DNA of 63,311 nt, the filler included, from Reticulomyxa filosa (lineage: Eukaryota; Protista; Foraminifera): NCBI GenBank assembly GCA_000512085.1. It is 21 parts of 21 records of this genome, joined end to end, with 100 filler letters (N's around TTAATTAATTAA, not from the genome) between each part and the next. Parts side by side here need not be neighbours in the genome. Positions count along the whole stretch, not along the records: positions 36,837 to 41,300 come from ASPP01007003.1; positions 41,401 to 45,816 come from ASPP01026806.1; positions 45,917 to 47,064 come from ASPP01020573.1; positions 47,165 to 48,231 come from ASPP01042543.1; positions 48,332 to 51,242 come from ASPP01023133.1; positions 51,343 to 52,857 come from ASPP01006154.1; 15 more parts are not named here. One strand, 5' to 3'. The notes under the pieces were generated by a model. That model had not been told where the DNA came from. It saw nothing but the letters and a program-made list of their open reading frames with translations, and searched no databases. Below, one piece after another: positions 37,644-51,413 of this stretch. The first letter of the stretch is position 1. Each line of letters begins with the position of its first letter. The translations under genes and the position numbers were made by a program.

Positions 37644-39828
37644 ATGAGTAATCGAAATACAATAATAAAACCAACTCCCTTTCAAACTTTGAAGAACTTA
37701 CCCAAACCATTTTCTCAGACTCAATGTGTGCAACATAAGCACGAAATCCTCGTTTGTGGAGGTGTAAGTGAAAGGGATTGTTATTCTTATCATACGCTCA
37801 AAAACGAATACAAGTTTATCTGTGAGTATCCAAGTGATGTTACATTAGTAGGACATTGTGTACTGAAATGGGTAGATAAAAGCAGCAAAGACAGTAATGA
37901 GATCACTTTGCTATCTTTTGGTGGAAATGCATACACAAAAAGACATACATTGGTGATGAAATATGTAAGTGTTTGGGATGACAACAATGAGATGAATAAA
38001 TTAAAGAAGACAAACAATTGCAATGAATGGGTTCCTTTCACAGATAATGACAATAATCCAATTCAAATTGGAAGAAATTTAGATGATTATCAAGGAATGC
38101 GTGCGGTGATTGGTGGAAGCAATAATCATTTGCTATTTATCACTTTTTATTTGAATAACATTAGCGTGTTTGATTTAAATACATTTCAATTTATTAAACA
38201 TGATACATTACCAACTAATGACCCAATGTATTATCATTGCTTTGTATCAAAGTCAGAAAATGAACAAGAAGCGATGAAACAAATTATAAAAAAAAACAAG
38301 ATTAAGAAAAAAAAGAATGAAATGCTGTTGTTTAAACATAGAACAGGACTATTAATTAAATATGATGAAATTGACAACACTTTTCAATTTCATAAACTGC
38401 CTGTTTGCAAGGGTATTGCACCATCCAATGAATATGCATATGTGTGTATCAATGATGTTATCTTGTTCTTTGGCCCAAACGCTTTGAAAAAATCGTACAA
38501 GTATGCAATACAAAACAAAAAATGGATTAAATTTAAATATACTTTGCCTATTCCACTATATGATTGTTTTGGGATATCGAATGAACACGATACTTATATA
38601 CATATCATTGGAGGAAGCAATAGAAAAGACAAAGTATCGACACACATGAGGACAAAAATGAGTAAATGGATAGACTCTCAACAGTTGGTAAACTTTCATT
38701 GCAATCTTTCCGCTATTGTTTTTTTTTTTTTTTTGTAAATAAATGAAACTGATTGACAAACAATAAATAGCCGACAAATGAAATACAACTTGTTATTCAA
38801 TATTGGATTCGAATATCAAAGATAAAATTAGGTTGGATACACGATTTTAATAAAATTATTATCGCGAGTGTTTAGTAATGTTTTTACATATAAGTGAAGA
38901 TATGTTATTGTTTGTTATTTACAAACTCCACATTTTCAAATAGGTAAGAGGTTTTAAATTGTTAATGGCTTTACAAGCCCATAACAGTACAGTGAATAGT
39001 GTAAGATTTTCTGCAGATGGCCGTAAGATTGTTTCGGCATCATATGATCATACTGTTCGGATATGGGATGTTGCATCAGGAAAACTTGTTCAAACTTTCA
39101 GGCACACTGACAGAGTCTTTGCTGCAAGATTTTCACCAGATGGACATACTGTTGTTTCATGCTCCGGAGATGGAACAATACGATTATGGGATATTAATAC
39201 CGGAATTGAAGTAATGAAATTCAAAAGAGATTCCAATGTGTTATGTGATGTAAACTTTTCTCCAGACGGAAATTATATTGTATCAAGCTCACAGGATAAT
39301 ACAATACGATTATGGGATGTACATTCTGGAATAGAGATGAAACAATTGTTAGGACATTCACAACATGTATGCAGCACACAGTTTTCATCAGATGGTAAAA
39401 TGATTTTGTCATCATCAAAAGATAAAACAATTAGCCTGTGGGATGTAGATTCTGGCCAAAGATTGAAACAATTTAAAGGACATTTCGCTAGCGTAATACA
39501 TGCAACATTTTCTCCAGATTGTAGATTTATTGTATCCTGCTCATTAGATAATACAATTCGAATATGGAATATTGAAACAGGAATCGAATGGAAAATATTG
39601 AAGGGACATTTAGGCCATGTGAACGATGTAACATATTTTCCAGGTGGTCAAACAATTGTATCATGTTCAAGTGATAATACAATTCAATTGTGGAATGTAA
39701 ACTCAGAAAAGAAAATACAGAAGTTGGAAGGGCATTCTCATTCTGTGAGATGTCTGGATGTCTCTCGACATGGTAATACAATTGTATCAGGTTCTATAGA
39801 TTGTAAAATTCGAATTTGGGGATTGTAA
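37644..39828 (+). CDS. Kelch-like propeller - module - WD40 propeller fusion protein (3 exons)
   Basis: Exon 1 37644-38687 is Kelch-like (ILVCGG, LLSFGG, AVIGG, IHIIGG). GT 38688..AG 38770; exon 2 38771-38869 (PTNEIQLVIQYWIRISKIKLGWIHDFNKIIIAS); GT 38870..AG 38943; exon 3 38944-39828 is in frame with the 7-repeat WD40 ORF 38959..39828. Confidence 0.8.
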
Positions 39829-41459
39829 ACTCCATGCAAACAGTAAAACTTTTTTTAATACAAAAAAAAATGAATATTACACTTTTTTTTTATTCTCTTT
39901 TGAAGTGAGAATTTGCAAAAAAAAAAAAAAAAATGCACATTGATATTAAGCGTGTGATTTTGGCTAAATGTCTTAATACACTTGGACATAAAGATTCCTT
40001 AGCTATTGAAGTACCAATAGAGACGATATAATTAATTTAAGTGTAAAGGAGTTAGCATTTCTATGGAGAGGTGAAAAATTACTTTTTGTGATTGACTCCT
40101 AATTTTAAAAGTAATTGTTTATTCAAGGATTATCGTTTATCTTGAACACAGACTTTCAAATCTTTTCCTTTTTTTCTTATCATGGTCTCGTTTCGACACA
40201 AACAAAAATTGGAAAAGTGGTAGTGGAAATCGATTTTGTTATTTGATATAATAAAAGTCAAATAATATTTGAAACTCACAAAGTTGTTCAAAATACTTGC
40301 TCGTCAATCACAGCATTAAAAAAAAATTTTGATAAAAATGAGAAAAATATTGTTGTATTTGTAATTGTGTTTATAATTTGTGTCAACAATTGTAATTTTT
40401 TAATATTGGTATCCATAGGTAAAACAATTGATAAAAATCTTAGTTAATTGTGTATTATAAAAAAAACACGAAACTGTCACTTGGTGCAAATGAAATTCAT
40501 AACAAAAATAACATTTTCCTAAGATTCGAAATCAAAAGTGTGACAAAAGACCCTTATTTGAAAGAAACTTATTGTCTTTCATTTCCCATTTTCCAAGTGG
40601 ATACAAGCAATCCATACAAAATATACAAAAAAATGACTTTTTTTGTTTTCTTCCTGATTCTCTTTACTATTATTGTATTATCTTTTTTGAACAATGATTG
40701 TCTGCGACGTAACGATATCAAGAAAGAAAAAATTGCAGCAATTGATGATGTTGCCGTTGAACTTTGTAGCAGTTAAAAAAAAACATGCACAAACTTGGGA
40801 GTGAGTGGAAAAACTTACAAATAAAACAAAATGAACAGCTGGAAATTATGGTTATGCCAAAAAAACTGCTCAAAACTTTTTTTAAAATCTGATTATGTTT
40901 TTTTATGGGGAAAAAAAAAGAGTGCATCGAAATGAATATAATAAAAAAAGAAATGCATTAAAAATGGAAAAAAAAAAAATAAGAGTGGATGATCAGCTTA
41001 CTATATTTCAGTAATTCTTTTCCTTTTTCCTGTGATTTATGTGGCTTATTCTATGTCCTTGTAAATTTTTCTTCCTGTGACATGGCTCTTTTTTCTCCGG
41101 CATTTTTCCTGTGCAAGTGTTGTGTTCCAGTTGCTCGTCCTTACATCCTTATCATTCTTCTTCGTGTGATTTATGTATGTGACTCTTTGTTCTGTGCATG
41201 TATTATTTTTCCCAGAGGCTTCTCTTTCCATGTACTATCAGTCTCCTTATGTAATTGTTTCATTGTATCCAGCAGTTGCTGTTCCTGTGATTCCTGCCAA
41301 NNNNNNNNNNNNNNNNNNNNNNNNNNNNNNNNNNNNNNNNNNNNTTAATTAATTAANNNNNNNNNNNNNNNNNNNNNNNNNNNNNNNNNNNNNNNNNNNN
41401 AAAAAAAAAAAAAAAATTTTTTTTTTAAAAAAAAAAAAAAAAAATGAATTGAATTAGAA

Positions 41460-43286
41460 CTTTAATGGAACAAAAGAGATCGAGTTGTTTCGAAAACGAC
41501 AACAATTGCCTGACTTGAAACAACTGAATCGTGGCAACCAAATCAACCTCGATAAATACCGCAATCGTCCAAAAGGATGGGACGAGATCAAGCTGGGGAC
41601 CAAGTTCAAAAACGGCAATGAGTTGCGGTCGTACCAAATATCAGGAGTGAACTGGCTCGTGCACAACTGGCTGGGCCGACGTTCGTGCATTTTGGCGGAT
41701 GAAATGGGTTTGGGAAAGACAGTTCAAACGGTAATGTTTTTGGAGCAATTGGCATCGCAGTTTGATATCCGTGGGCCGTTTCTAATTGTCGCGCCATTGT
41801 CGACATTGGGACATTGGATGCGCGAGTTCAAAGGATGGAGCAATTTGAACGCCGTTGTGTACCACGGTTCGCAATTGAGTCGTGAGGAGTTGTACAACCT
41901 GGAATTTTTTATGATTACCGGCTGCTTGACCAAGAGCAGTGCGAAAAGTGCAAGGTCAGGAGCAAGCAAGACTTGGAAAACAAAGTGAATCAAATGAATT
42001 GGAAGTTCAATGTATTGTTAACGACAACGCAGTTGATTAACAATGACAAGCGTTTATTGAACTGGAACAAAATCAAATGGCAGTGTGTTATTGTGGATGA
42101 AGCGCATTGTTTGAAGAACCGCGGCGCGTTAATCTATAAGAATTTGCAAACATTCAAAAACGATGACGTTAGTCGTTTTCAAACGCATGTGGTATTGTTG
42201 ACGGGGACGCCCATTCAAAACAAAATGGAAGAACTGTTCAGTCTGCTGCACTTTATGGACTCCAAAGAATTTTCCTCGGAAGACGAGTTCCTACGCAAAT
42301 TCCCTCCCAATCGCTTGCACGAGTGCCAAGAGGCACTGAAAAATTGTCTTCGAGCACGACTGTTGCAACGATTCAAATCGCAGGTCGAAAAAGACTTGCA
42401 AGCGCGTGAGGAAAAGATCATTTGGGTGGAACTGACCTTCTTTCAAAAGAAATGGTATCGTGCCTTGTACGAACGGAGCTATGAATCGCTTCGCAAACTT
42501 GGGTCATCCAAGACGTCGCTGATGAATGTCGGCATGCAGCTGCGCAAGTGTTGCAATCATCCGTTCCTGATCAACAACGTGGAGGAAACCATATCTCCGG
42601 AAGGCACGTCCGAACATGTAATTTGGGAAAACTTGGTGAAAGCGAGTGGGAAATTGATGCTGATGGATAAGTTGCTGCCAAAGTTGAAAACGGAAGGACA
42701 TCGCGTGCTCGTGTTTTCTCAAATGACAAGGGTACTGGACGTGATTGAAGACTTTTTGGTCTATCGCAACTATCAATACGAACGATTGGACGGAGGCGTC
42801 ACCGGCGTTGCTCGTCAAGAGGCCATTGATCGCTTCACTGCAAACGACCAGATCTTTGCATTCTTGCTATCCACGCACGCAGGAGGCGTCGGTATCAATC
42901 TCATGGCCGCAGACACTGTCATCATCTACGACAGCGATTGGAACCCAATGAACGATATTCAGGCCATTGCCAGAGCACATCGCATTGGCCAGACTCGACA
43001 AGTATGCGTGTATCGCTTGGTCACCAGGAGCACGTACGAGGAACAAATGTTCCAAAGGGCCGATCGCAAACTCGCTCTCAACAAGGTCGTCATGGGCGAC
43101 CCCGAAGAAATGACCAAGTCCGACATTGACGAAATGCTCAAACGAGGTGCCGTTAGCATGTTCTTGCGCGACAAAGAAACCGATCACGAAATTGAAAAGT
43201 TTGCCAATGCGAGCATTGACGAAATCTTATCTACTCGTTGTCAAAACGTTGTTCATTCAAATGACGATAATGACAATGACAATGAC

Positions 43287-43318
<32 letters not shown>

Positions 43319-45816
43319 TAATTTAAATGACCCCCAAAAACTTCACGATGCCAAACAAGGAGCCATGTTCAGCGAAGCCCATTTTGCTGCCAATGCAGAA
43401 GATGCAAACATCAATTGGAACGCCGAAGACTTTTGGGATCGCGTCATCGATTTGAAGCCAGTGCAAGAGTGTCCGAGTGAAGACGAGCTCTATGAAAACG
43501 GCATCCGCAAGTATCGCATGCGCAGACGGAAAAACATCGAAGTCAAACACCAAGTTGCAATAGAAGAGGAATTTGACGAAGAAGCTGTTGAGCCAGGTAT
43601 GCCCATAATACTTGTAACCTTTTTTTTTAATTTGCAATTATTATTATTATTATTATTATCATTATATCTATATAAATGTTGTGGTCATAGATGGTGACGA
43701 GACAAGTGATGTAGACGACGATGACGACGAAGATCACAAAGGCAAAGGCAAAAAAAAAAATAAAAACAAAAACAAAAAAGACGAAGCCAAAAGCAAGCCC
43801 AAGACGAAATTTTCATTGTTGGGAGCGATTTTGTCATCATTGTATGGACAATGGTACGACATATATGACAAGCTGTCTGCAGAGGAGTTGGAGCAATTGA
43901 AGCTGGCGTCGACCGAACAAAGTGAAAAGCAACCAATCGAAATCGACAACGACAATAGCAATAACAATAGCAATGACAATAACAAAGACAAAGACAAAGA
44001 CAAAGAAAATAAAGAAAATGACAACGAAATGAAAAACAAGCACGTGATAACCACAGAAACAAGCACACGTCTGCGACGAGCGGTTGTGGAGACCATAGGC
44101 ACTCTGTTGCAATTGATTCGGCCGGAACACCGTATCAACATGATGAAGTCGAAAGAGGCGTTGTTCTTTGATCCTTTGTTAGGGAAAGACACGATCGACA
44201 CGTACATGGACCAGTTGTTCCAAGAGGAGCGCTTTTCGAAGGCCATGGACGCGGCAGAGATACAAAAAGCACGTATTGCAGCAATGTATGAAGAATATGA
44301 GAAGATCAAGCACACATTGGTGGGAATGTCGGGAGGAGGGGGTGTGTTGCCGGGCGACCCCTTGGCAAGCGAAAAGGCCAACGACACAACAACAACAACA
44401 ACAACAACAATAACAACAACAACAATAACAACAACAACAAAGAAGTCCAAGCAAGAAAGGAAAGGGTTTTGTTCCGGACACAAGTGTGTGCGTTGGGTGA
44501 ATCAAGCAGCAAAGGACCACACCCCATGGTTATGGACGACATGCTGTGCGGAATGCATCACAAGCGATGGCAAGTTCCATGACCCGAAATGCGAGAAACG
44601 ATTTGCGGATCAGTTTGTGTTTGAATGCGTTGCCAATATTCAAAAGATATACCCTTTGGCATACAACGTCACGACCAAGACAATCGACCAGGCATTGATG
44701 CGATTCGAACTTACGCGATACCCCACCGAGGCCGTCCTATTGAAAGTCAAGGCTTGTATCATTAGCAAAAAAAACTTGAAGACGGTCCTCGCCACCAAGT
44801 CGTTGGACGACACCAAGTCCATTTTGCAACTGCTCGAAAAGATGTTTGTGCTGCGTGGCATGTTCATACAGATCATGAGCGTGGACTTGGACAGTCGCGA
44901 GCCCATCGCCGTTGGAGGAATGCCCTCGGACGACGTCTTCGCCAAGTTGCGTGGCCACGGCATGTGGAAGTGCATGAAGAACACCAAGCAAATGCCCGAT
45001 TGGTGGAATTCGGAATGGGATTACAAGTTGCTCAAAGGCACTTTGATCTTTGGCTGGGGTGGAGTTCCGGATGAGTGGGCTTTCGAAAATGGATTCACCA
45101 AAGAGTATTCTGCATGCAGAGAGCTTAAGTCTTCTCCTATTGTTACACCAGTAACAACAACAACAGCAGCAATGACAAAGGCAGTAGTCTCTGATATAAC
45201 TTCCAATCTCGCGTCATCGTCATCTCCAGCCTTGCCAATAACCAATGTCCTCAATGGGACGGAGGTGATCGACGTAGAAGCCAGTACTGTCCCTTTGGCA
45301 GAAAAAACAAGGTCACACTCGAACTCGTGGAAAAAAAAAGCAGTGGATTAAAGCAAAAAACAAGGCTATCGCCTCTCTTCCATCGTCGCGTGCTTTCGCA
45401 AACTCGTCAAAGATGCCCATCGCGACGCTCGCAACAGCCACGTCAAATCGCTCTATCAAATCGCCACGCAGAAAATGAGTCTCCTTGTTCCTCTCAATCT
45501 TCACGACGCCACTCGTCTGTCCGTTATCTCGCATGCTTCACATACCACTCCTTCCACGCACGAAATACACGATCTGACTACTTCGGCTCATATCCAGCCC
45601 AATGACACTGTCTCAAAGCCGAGCGAGGAGCAAGTCTCTACCAAAAAAGATAAGAAAAAGCACAAAAGCAAGGACAAACACAAACATAAACACAAAGACA
45701 AAGACAAAGAAAAAGATAAAGAAAAAGATAAAGAAAATGACAAAGATATGGAAAAGTCCAAAGATAAAAACAAAGTAAAAGTAAAAACAAAGACAAAAGC
45801 AAAAACAAAATCAAAA
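41460..45816 (+). CDS. CHD-family SNF2 chromatin-remodelling ATPase (CHD6-9/Kismet-like), partial
   Basis: LRSYQISGVNWL, CILADEMGLGKTVQ, IVDEAH, LLTGTPIQN, MQLRKCCNHPFL, SGKLMLMDKLLPKL, YDSDWNP, QAIARAHRIGQ, and later MPDWWNSEWDYKLLKG. A-run frameshifts near 41977-41984 and 45331-45339; intron ~43597-43690. Confidence 0.93.
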
Positions 45817-46017
45817 NNNNNNNNNNNNNNNNNNNNNNNNNNNNNNNNNNNNNNNNNNNNTTAATTAATTAANNNNNNNNNNNNNNNNNNNNNNNNNNNN
45901 NNNNNNNNNNNNNNNNAAAAAAAAAAAAAAAAAAAAATTGTTCTTTTTTTTATTTTGTTTTGTTTGTTTATTTGGAGTCTTCTCGATATCGTACACATTG
46001 TTGGATGACGTGTATAG

Positions 46018-46578
46018 AGCAGCTTGCTCTTCATGCCATGCAAACTTTTGTTGGGCCTGTGAAAGACCCTGGAAAAGCAGCGGGTTACAAATTTGCGGGA
46101 ATTCAAAGTGTCCTGTATTGGAAATCCAAGCTGTTTTGGATAGCTGTAAAAATAAATCAACATCCTACGGATTCAATGTACAAATTCCAAACATTAGAGC
46201 ATGTCCTCGGTGTTTAATGGTATCTTTTTTTTTGTCCATTTCTGCTCCCTCCATTTTTTTTTATCAAAAAAAAAAACAGAGTGACATATTTCACCGCTCT
46301 TTTCAAACAACGTAAACAGAATTTTGTTGCAAATGGGAATAGTTTACAGAGCATGATCGTGGATGTAAGTTCATAAAGTGCAAAGGCTGCAACTATTGGT
46401 TTTGCATGGCTTGTCTAACAGTTGCAACAGGTTAGCATATCAGTGAGTGTTACTTTGTACTTATTTAATAAATACGATTTCTTTTTACTACAAATGTATA
46501 GCTAAAGGTGTTGAAGAATTTTCTTGCTCGCCTCCTGACAAACAATGCGTTATTGCACCTGTGCAGCAACTAATGTAA
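46018..46578 (+). CDS. RBR-type E3 ligase C-terminal fragment (IBR + RING2-like)
   Basis: CSSCHANFCWACERPW...IRACPRCLM, then the next exon EHDRGCKFIKCKGCNYWFCMACL. Last exon ends at TAA 46576-46578. Confidence 0.62.
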
Positions 46579-47164
46579 AAAAAAAATGTTTGATGACTCT
46601 AAATTGTAGTTTATTGTTGTAGTTCATTGTTGTATCTTATTGTTGTAGTTTATTATTATTATTATTTGTTTTATCAGAAATCGGGTGTTGTCTCCCGCTT
46701 TAAATTGTCTTCAATTCAAAAACACAAAAATTAGGATTGTAATTTTGAAAAAGTGAATCCTCGGCAATAGAGATTAGTAACAATAGTGGGTGACACAGTT
46801 CAAAAAATTATTTTTTTTTAAGCGTTGACCCTTTTCAAGCAAACAAATAATAGTTAAAAATAGAACATAAATAGCAAGTTTGAGTACTTTAAAATGGAGC
46901 CAAATGATTGCAAGTCAGAACAAGTACAGCAATACGTGAATATAGTACCTTATCAACAGGCAATAATATGTCATTTCATTGTTTCGTATCCAAAACAGCA
47001 AATAGAGCAAGATCAAATGCAAATCAAAATAAAGATGCAATGTTATTATTTTCTGGAAAAACAGNNNNNNNNNNNNNNNNNNNNNNNNNNNNNNNNNNNN
47101 NNNNNNNNTTAATTAATTAANNNNNNNNNNNNNNNNNNNNNNNNNNNNNNNNNNNNNNNNNNNN

Positions 47165-48231
47165 CCTGCAAATGCTGTCTTTAACGCATCTGCGAGTATG
47201 ATTGCGAACAAGGATCCGCCCAAGGGGTCCCCCTGATGTACCCCGGTGCAGGATTGTATGATGGAGCCATTTGGGAGGAAGAGTGGGACGTATGCCGCAT
47301 AACAACCTTTGACTTAACCATATAGTTCAGGGATTTGCCTTCTGACCAAGTCCAAAAGTTTCGAACGTTTGCATGCATTGAATGCATTTTTGAAATCCAC
47401 TTTGATTGCTACCGCATCATCGATTGCGCGAATATGTTGCAGAACGGCCTTAAAACCATGTACGAACAATTCTATCCCAGCCTTTATGTTGATACCAAAT
47501 TGGTTAGGTCCCACGACGTTCTTGATACTATTGGAGTGTCTTCTCATCAAAATCGCTCCCGCCGACCTTCTAAGCAATGACCCGATTGCTATTGGTCTGG
47601 GGCTTCCATCTGGCTTGGCTATGCCGATCAATCTTGCCCCATATGCTATGGGGGCAGCGTTATCGCAAACTTCTCCGTTCATAATTAATGTGACTACTTT
47701 TGCCCAATTCATTAATGTTCGGGATTCAAACTCGAACGCAGCTATGTCGATTAAATGCTGGGCCGCGAATAAATCTACCCCACCTGACGATGTCCTGCCT
47801 AGCCTTCTAATGTATAAAACCACATCATCTACCGAAATGCTGTCCTGTTTCGGCACTGGGGCTAATATTCTGTTACTCTCATCCCTTTGGATTGCATGCA
47901 ATATTGTGGTCGGAGGAGGCTCAAATGGGTGTTTCTCCTGCAATTGATTGATTGTATTTGGATCGTAGCATACTGATTGACATGGGGTTAATGCCTTGAA
48001 CGCTTTAGATAGCTCCCCTAATGACGCAAGCTTAATTGCTTTTGCATGTGTTGAGTCCGGCTTTGGCGCTGGCGGAGGCTCTTTTCCCCTTCTGTCAGTT
48101 GATTTGGGAAGTGCCTCTGAATGCATGCAAAATTCTTCACATAATTTCTTGAGGTTATCTTCCTTCCATAACTTAATTCTGTTGATAATTATTTTTGTTG
48201 TTGTATTCGTATGTTTGATCCCTCCTCTGCC
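47165..48231 (-). mobile_element. Non-LTR retrotransposon reverse transcriptase (CRE/SLACS/Cnl1-like), internal fragment with one nonsense codon
   Basis: GELSKAFKAL, LQEKHP, GARLIGIAKPDGSPRPIAIGSLLRR, QFGI...GIE, KVDFKNAFN. After TAA at 47316-47314 the same frame continues VKGCY...SCTGVHQGDPLGGSLFAI. The frame is also open upstream of the listed ORF to the contig end. Confidence 0.88.
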
Positions 48232-49479
48232 NNNNNNNNNNNNNNNNNNNNNNNNNNNNNNNNNNNNNNNNNNNNTTAATTAATTAANNNNNNNNNNNNN
48301 NNNNNNNNNNNNNNNNNNNNNNNNNNNNNNNTTATGACATCATTTTTCAGCAAAGAAAGTCTGTGTAAAATTTTTGTTTTTTTTTAAAAAAAGTAAGTGA
48401 AGATGTTATTTGGGACTTTTTTTTTTTTGAATTGACATTGTTTATATGTGTTTTTGCCATAAGTTTCAAATGGTTGGAAACATCCAACAAGTTTAATTAA
48501 TTATTTTGTTGATAAAATAAGTAATTTTTGTTTGCTATTGATATATCATGCTTATTTTTTAAAAATGCAAAAAGCAGATGTACTCAGTATTCAACAAAAT
48601 TTTCATTATTTTGAAATTGTAAAATAAAATAAAAAATAATCTAATGTAATTGTAAATGTGCAATGTTGTGGACATATCAATTTGTACCCATTTCTGAGTT
48701 TATGATATGATTAACAAATGAGAGTTTTGTAGTTCAAGTCACATACCAGATGCAATCAGTATCAAATATAATCACAAAAATTAACATCATTTTGTTTTAT
48801 TCGTGCTTTTTACTACTTTGTTCATTTCACCATCATTTTCATTCTCAATGTAGTTCTCATACTTCACTTGGTCATTCACTCCTCTTCTTTGAGTTGACAC
48901 AGTAGTTAATCTATTTCACAAGTTTGTGATCATTTCAAAAAGTTGACTTTGATTAAAAGTAAAATGAAAGCTAAACGATTTACAAGTATGCTTATCCTTC
49001 CCTCTTTTTGGTATTCTTCAGTATCTTCATAATCACTTTTCAAAGACGAAATTTCTGAAATATGATTGTAACGTGGTTTCTCATTTTTTTATTTTCTATA
49101 TCAGGAATTGTTTAAAAAAAGGGATTTCCTCAACAAAAGGATGTGCTTGAATATTTAACGATAAGTTATGAAGCATTTGATGGTAATTCGACGTGCTCTA
49201 ACATTGTGAATGTTTGAATCACTTCATGTAATCAAATTAAAATAACTTGTGGAAATTAAGATTGACAAGACATTGTTTTTAAATAGAAAATCTTCATGAA
49301 AGAGAACTACGTCTCTCCGTTTTTGTAAAACTAAAAAAAAGAGTTTTTTTTTTGACAGAACTTCAACTCCAAAAATTTTTGTTTGAAGTTTCGAGTGCTT
49401 ATCACTAATAAAACAAAAAGAAATGAAGCAAGCAAAGGAAGAAAGCGCAAAAGATTAAGCAAAGACTGAAGAACATTAT

Positions 49480-50045
49480 CTAAAATTATTTCTTAAAAAT
49501 AATAACAACTCTTGTCCAATTCAATCACGTGACATTAAATGTGATTTTAAAGGAAAATTAAAAGATTTAAATAATAATTTAATCAATAAATGCAATTTGA
49601 ATTTAATTGATTGCAATCATATCTGCATCAACCGCAATTTAAATGATCATCACATTTCACCAATGAAACTACATTTTGGTATAGTAGCTCAATTATTACA
49701 ATCTATGAGACAAGAAATTGAATTGAAAGATAATCGATTGAAAGAGATTTTCAACAAGGATAAAAAAAAGTTTTAATGATAAAGAAAAACAATAATTAAA
49801 TCATTGGAAGAAAAGAATTCCAAATTGACTTAAAATTGTCAACAATTATTTACTTCAAAAATTAAATCTTTAACACAAACAAAAAAAAATAATCTTATAA
49901 GTCTTCTATTTTATTATCAACTATCAATTTTAATCTGTATCGTTCATCATCCAAATTAATCAATGCATTTGCTAGATGTACTAATTGTGTGAATAATATT
50001 GACTATTCAGAATCTGATTATTGTCAATTCATTTGTTCTGGAGCT
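49480..50045 (+). pseudogene. Heavily decayed TRAF-type zinc finger/coiled-coil/WD40 gene
   Basis: Fragments FLKNNNNSCPIQ..CDFKGKLKDLNN and RSSSKLINAFARCTNCVNNIDYS..YCQFICSG (first WD repeat of the local family), with many stops and deletions. Confidence 0.5.
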
Positions 50046-50468
50046 CTTTTAGTTTCAACAAATCTTTGTTTTTCTTTCTAGTTTTCATTTTATGTTTTTT
50101 TTCTTTTGCTTTGGTTTGTTTGTTTCGTTGAAGGTAATTAGTTCATTGGATCGTGATAAATTTTTTTTTTTTGTTTGCACAAATAATTCCATTTTGTCTG
50201 ACTTAACAATTTTATAATAAAATATTTTCATTTTAGCCATAAATCATATTATTAAATATACTAAATAAATAAAAAAAATAATTTATTATTCCTAATATAA
50301 TTATAAAAAATTATAATTAATTTTCTTTTTTTTTCTTCATTAAGAAAAAACACAGATATTGCAAAATTCTATTTTTAAAGTCCCTTCATTGAACTTGAAA
50401 AAAAAGGTTAAAATTTTCCATTTTAAATCATTAAAGACTCCAAGCAAAAAAACAAAAGAAGTTACAAA

Positions 50469-51242
50469 ATGACAGCTCTTATCGATCATGAACAAACTCT
50501 AACTCAACTAGTAGTGGTAAGTTTTATTCCAAACTTATAAAAAGTTGATTGTCTTCAAGTTTTTATTGTATTTATTGTGGCTTGTGATTGAATTAGCCAG
50601 AGGAAAACGAGATCCAAATCATTATCCAGCATTGAATTCGAATGTTACACATTAAATTTGGATGGATAAATGATTTCAATAAGCTAGTTGCCAATTATGT
50701 TACGTTTTTTTTATTTTTGTCTTTCATTTAATTGAAATAAAAATAAACAAATTATATTTGCTTATTTTTATCATCGCCGTTAACACAGGCAACTACTTTC
50801 CTTATGTTTGATACATTTCGCTCGTCATCCAAACTAATCAATACATTCACTGGAGATACAATTGCTGTGTCTAGTATTGACTATTCAACATTTGATAATT
50901 GTCAATTCATTTGTTCTGCATCACATGATACAACAGTTCGTGTATGGGATATAGACAAAAACAAACAAATTCAATCACTCAATAAACATCAATATTCTGT
51001 GAAATTTTCGTCATATCATTATCATAATTATCATCAAAATGTCATTTGTTTATCACCATATGATGGAGCCATTCGTTTTTGGGATTTCAAACATAATAAG
51101 CAATTACAAATATTCAATGGACACAAATCAATTGTTTGTGAAATTGAATTTTCACCACTTAATGGTGGTAGATATTTGTGTTCTGGATCATGGGACGCAA
51201 CAATTCGTTTGTGGGATGTTGAAACATCAAAATCATTACATG
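50469..51242 (+). pseudogene. WD40 gene with N-terminal module, nonsense codon in module exon, 3'-truncated
   Basis: Exon 1 from ATG 50469. Module exon 50597-50698 reads PEENEIQIIIQH*IRMLHIKFGWINDFNKLVANY (TGA at 50633 replaces the conserved Trp). WD40 exon from 50789. Confidence 0.8.
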
Positions 51243-51355
51243 NNNNNNNNNNNNNNNNNNNNNNNNNNNNNNNNNNNNNNNNNNNNTTAATTAATTAANN
51301 NNNNNNNNNNNNNNNNNNNNNNNNNNNNNNNNNNNNNNNNNNAAAAAAAAAAAAG

Positions 51356-51396
<41 letters not shown>

Positions 51397-51413
51397 AACG
51401 ACAAATAATAAGT

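Noticed and set aside
50633-50635. Stop-codon reassignment (TGA or TAG at conserved Trp; TAA in RT)
   Set aside because: Intact genes here terminate with TAA, TAG and TGA, and Trp is normally TGG. The stops are single-base nonsense changes in decaying copies.
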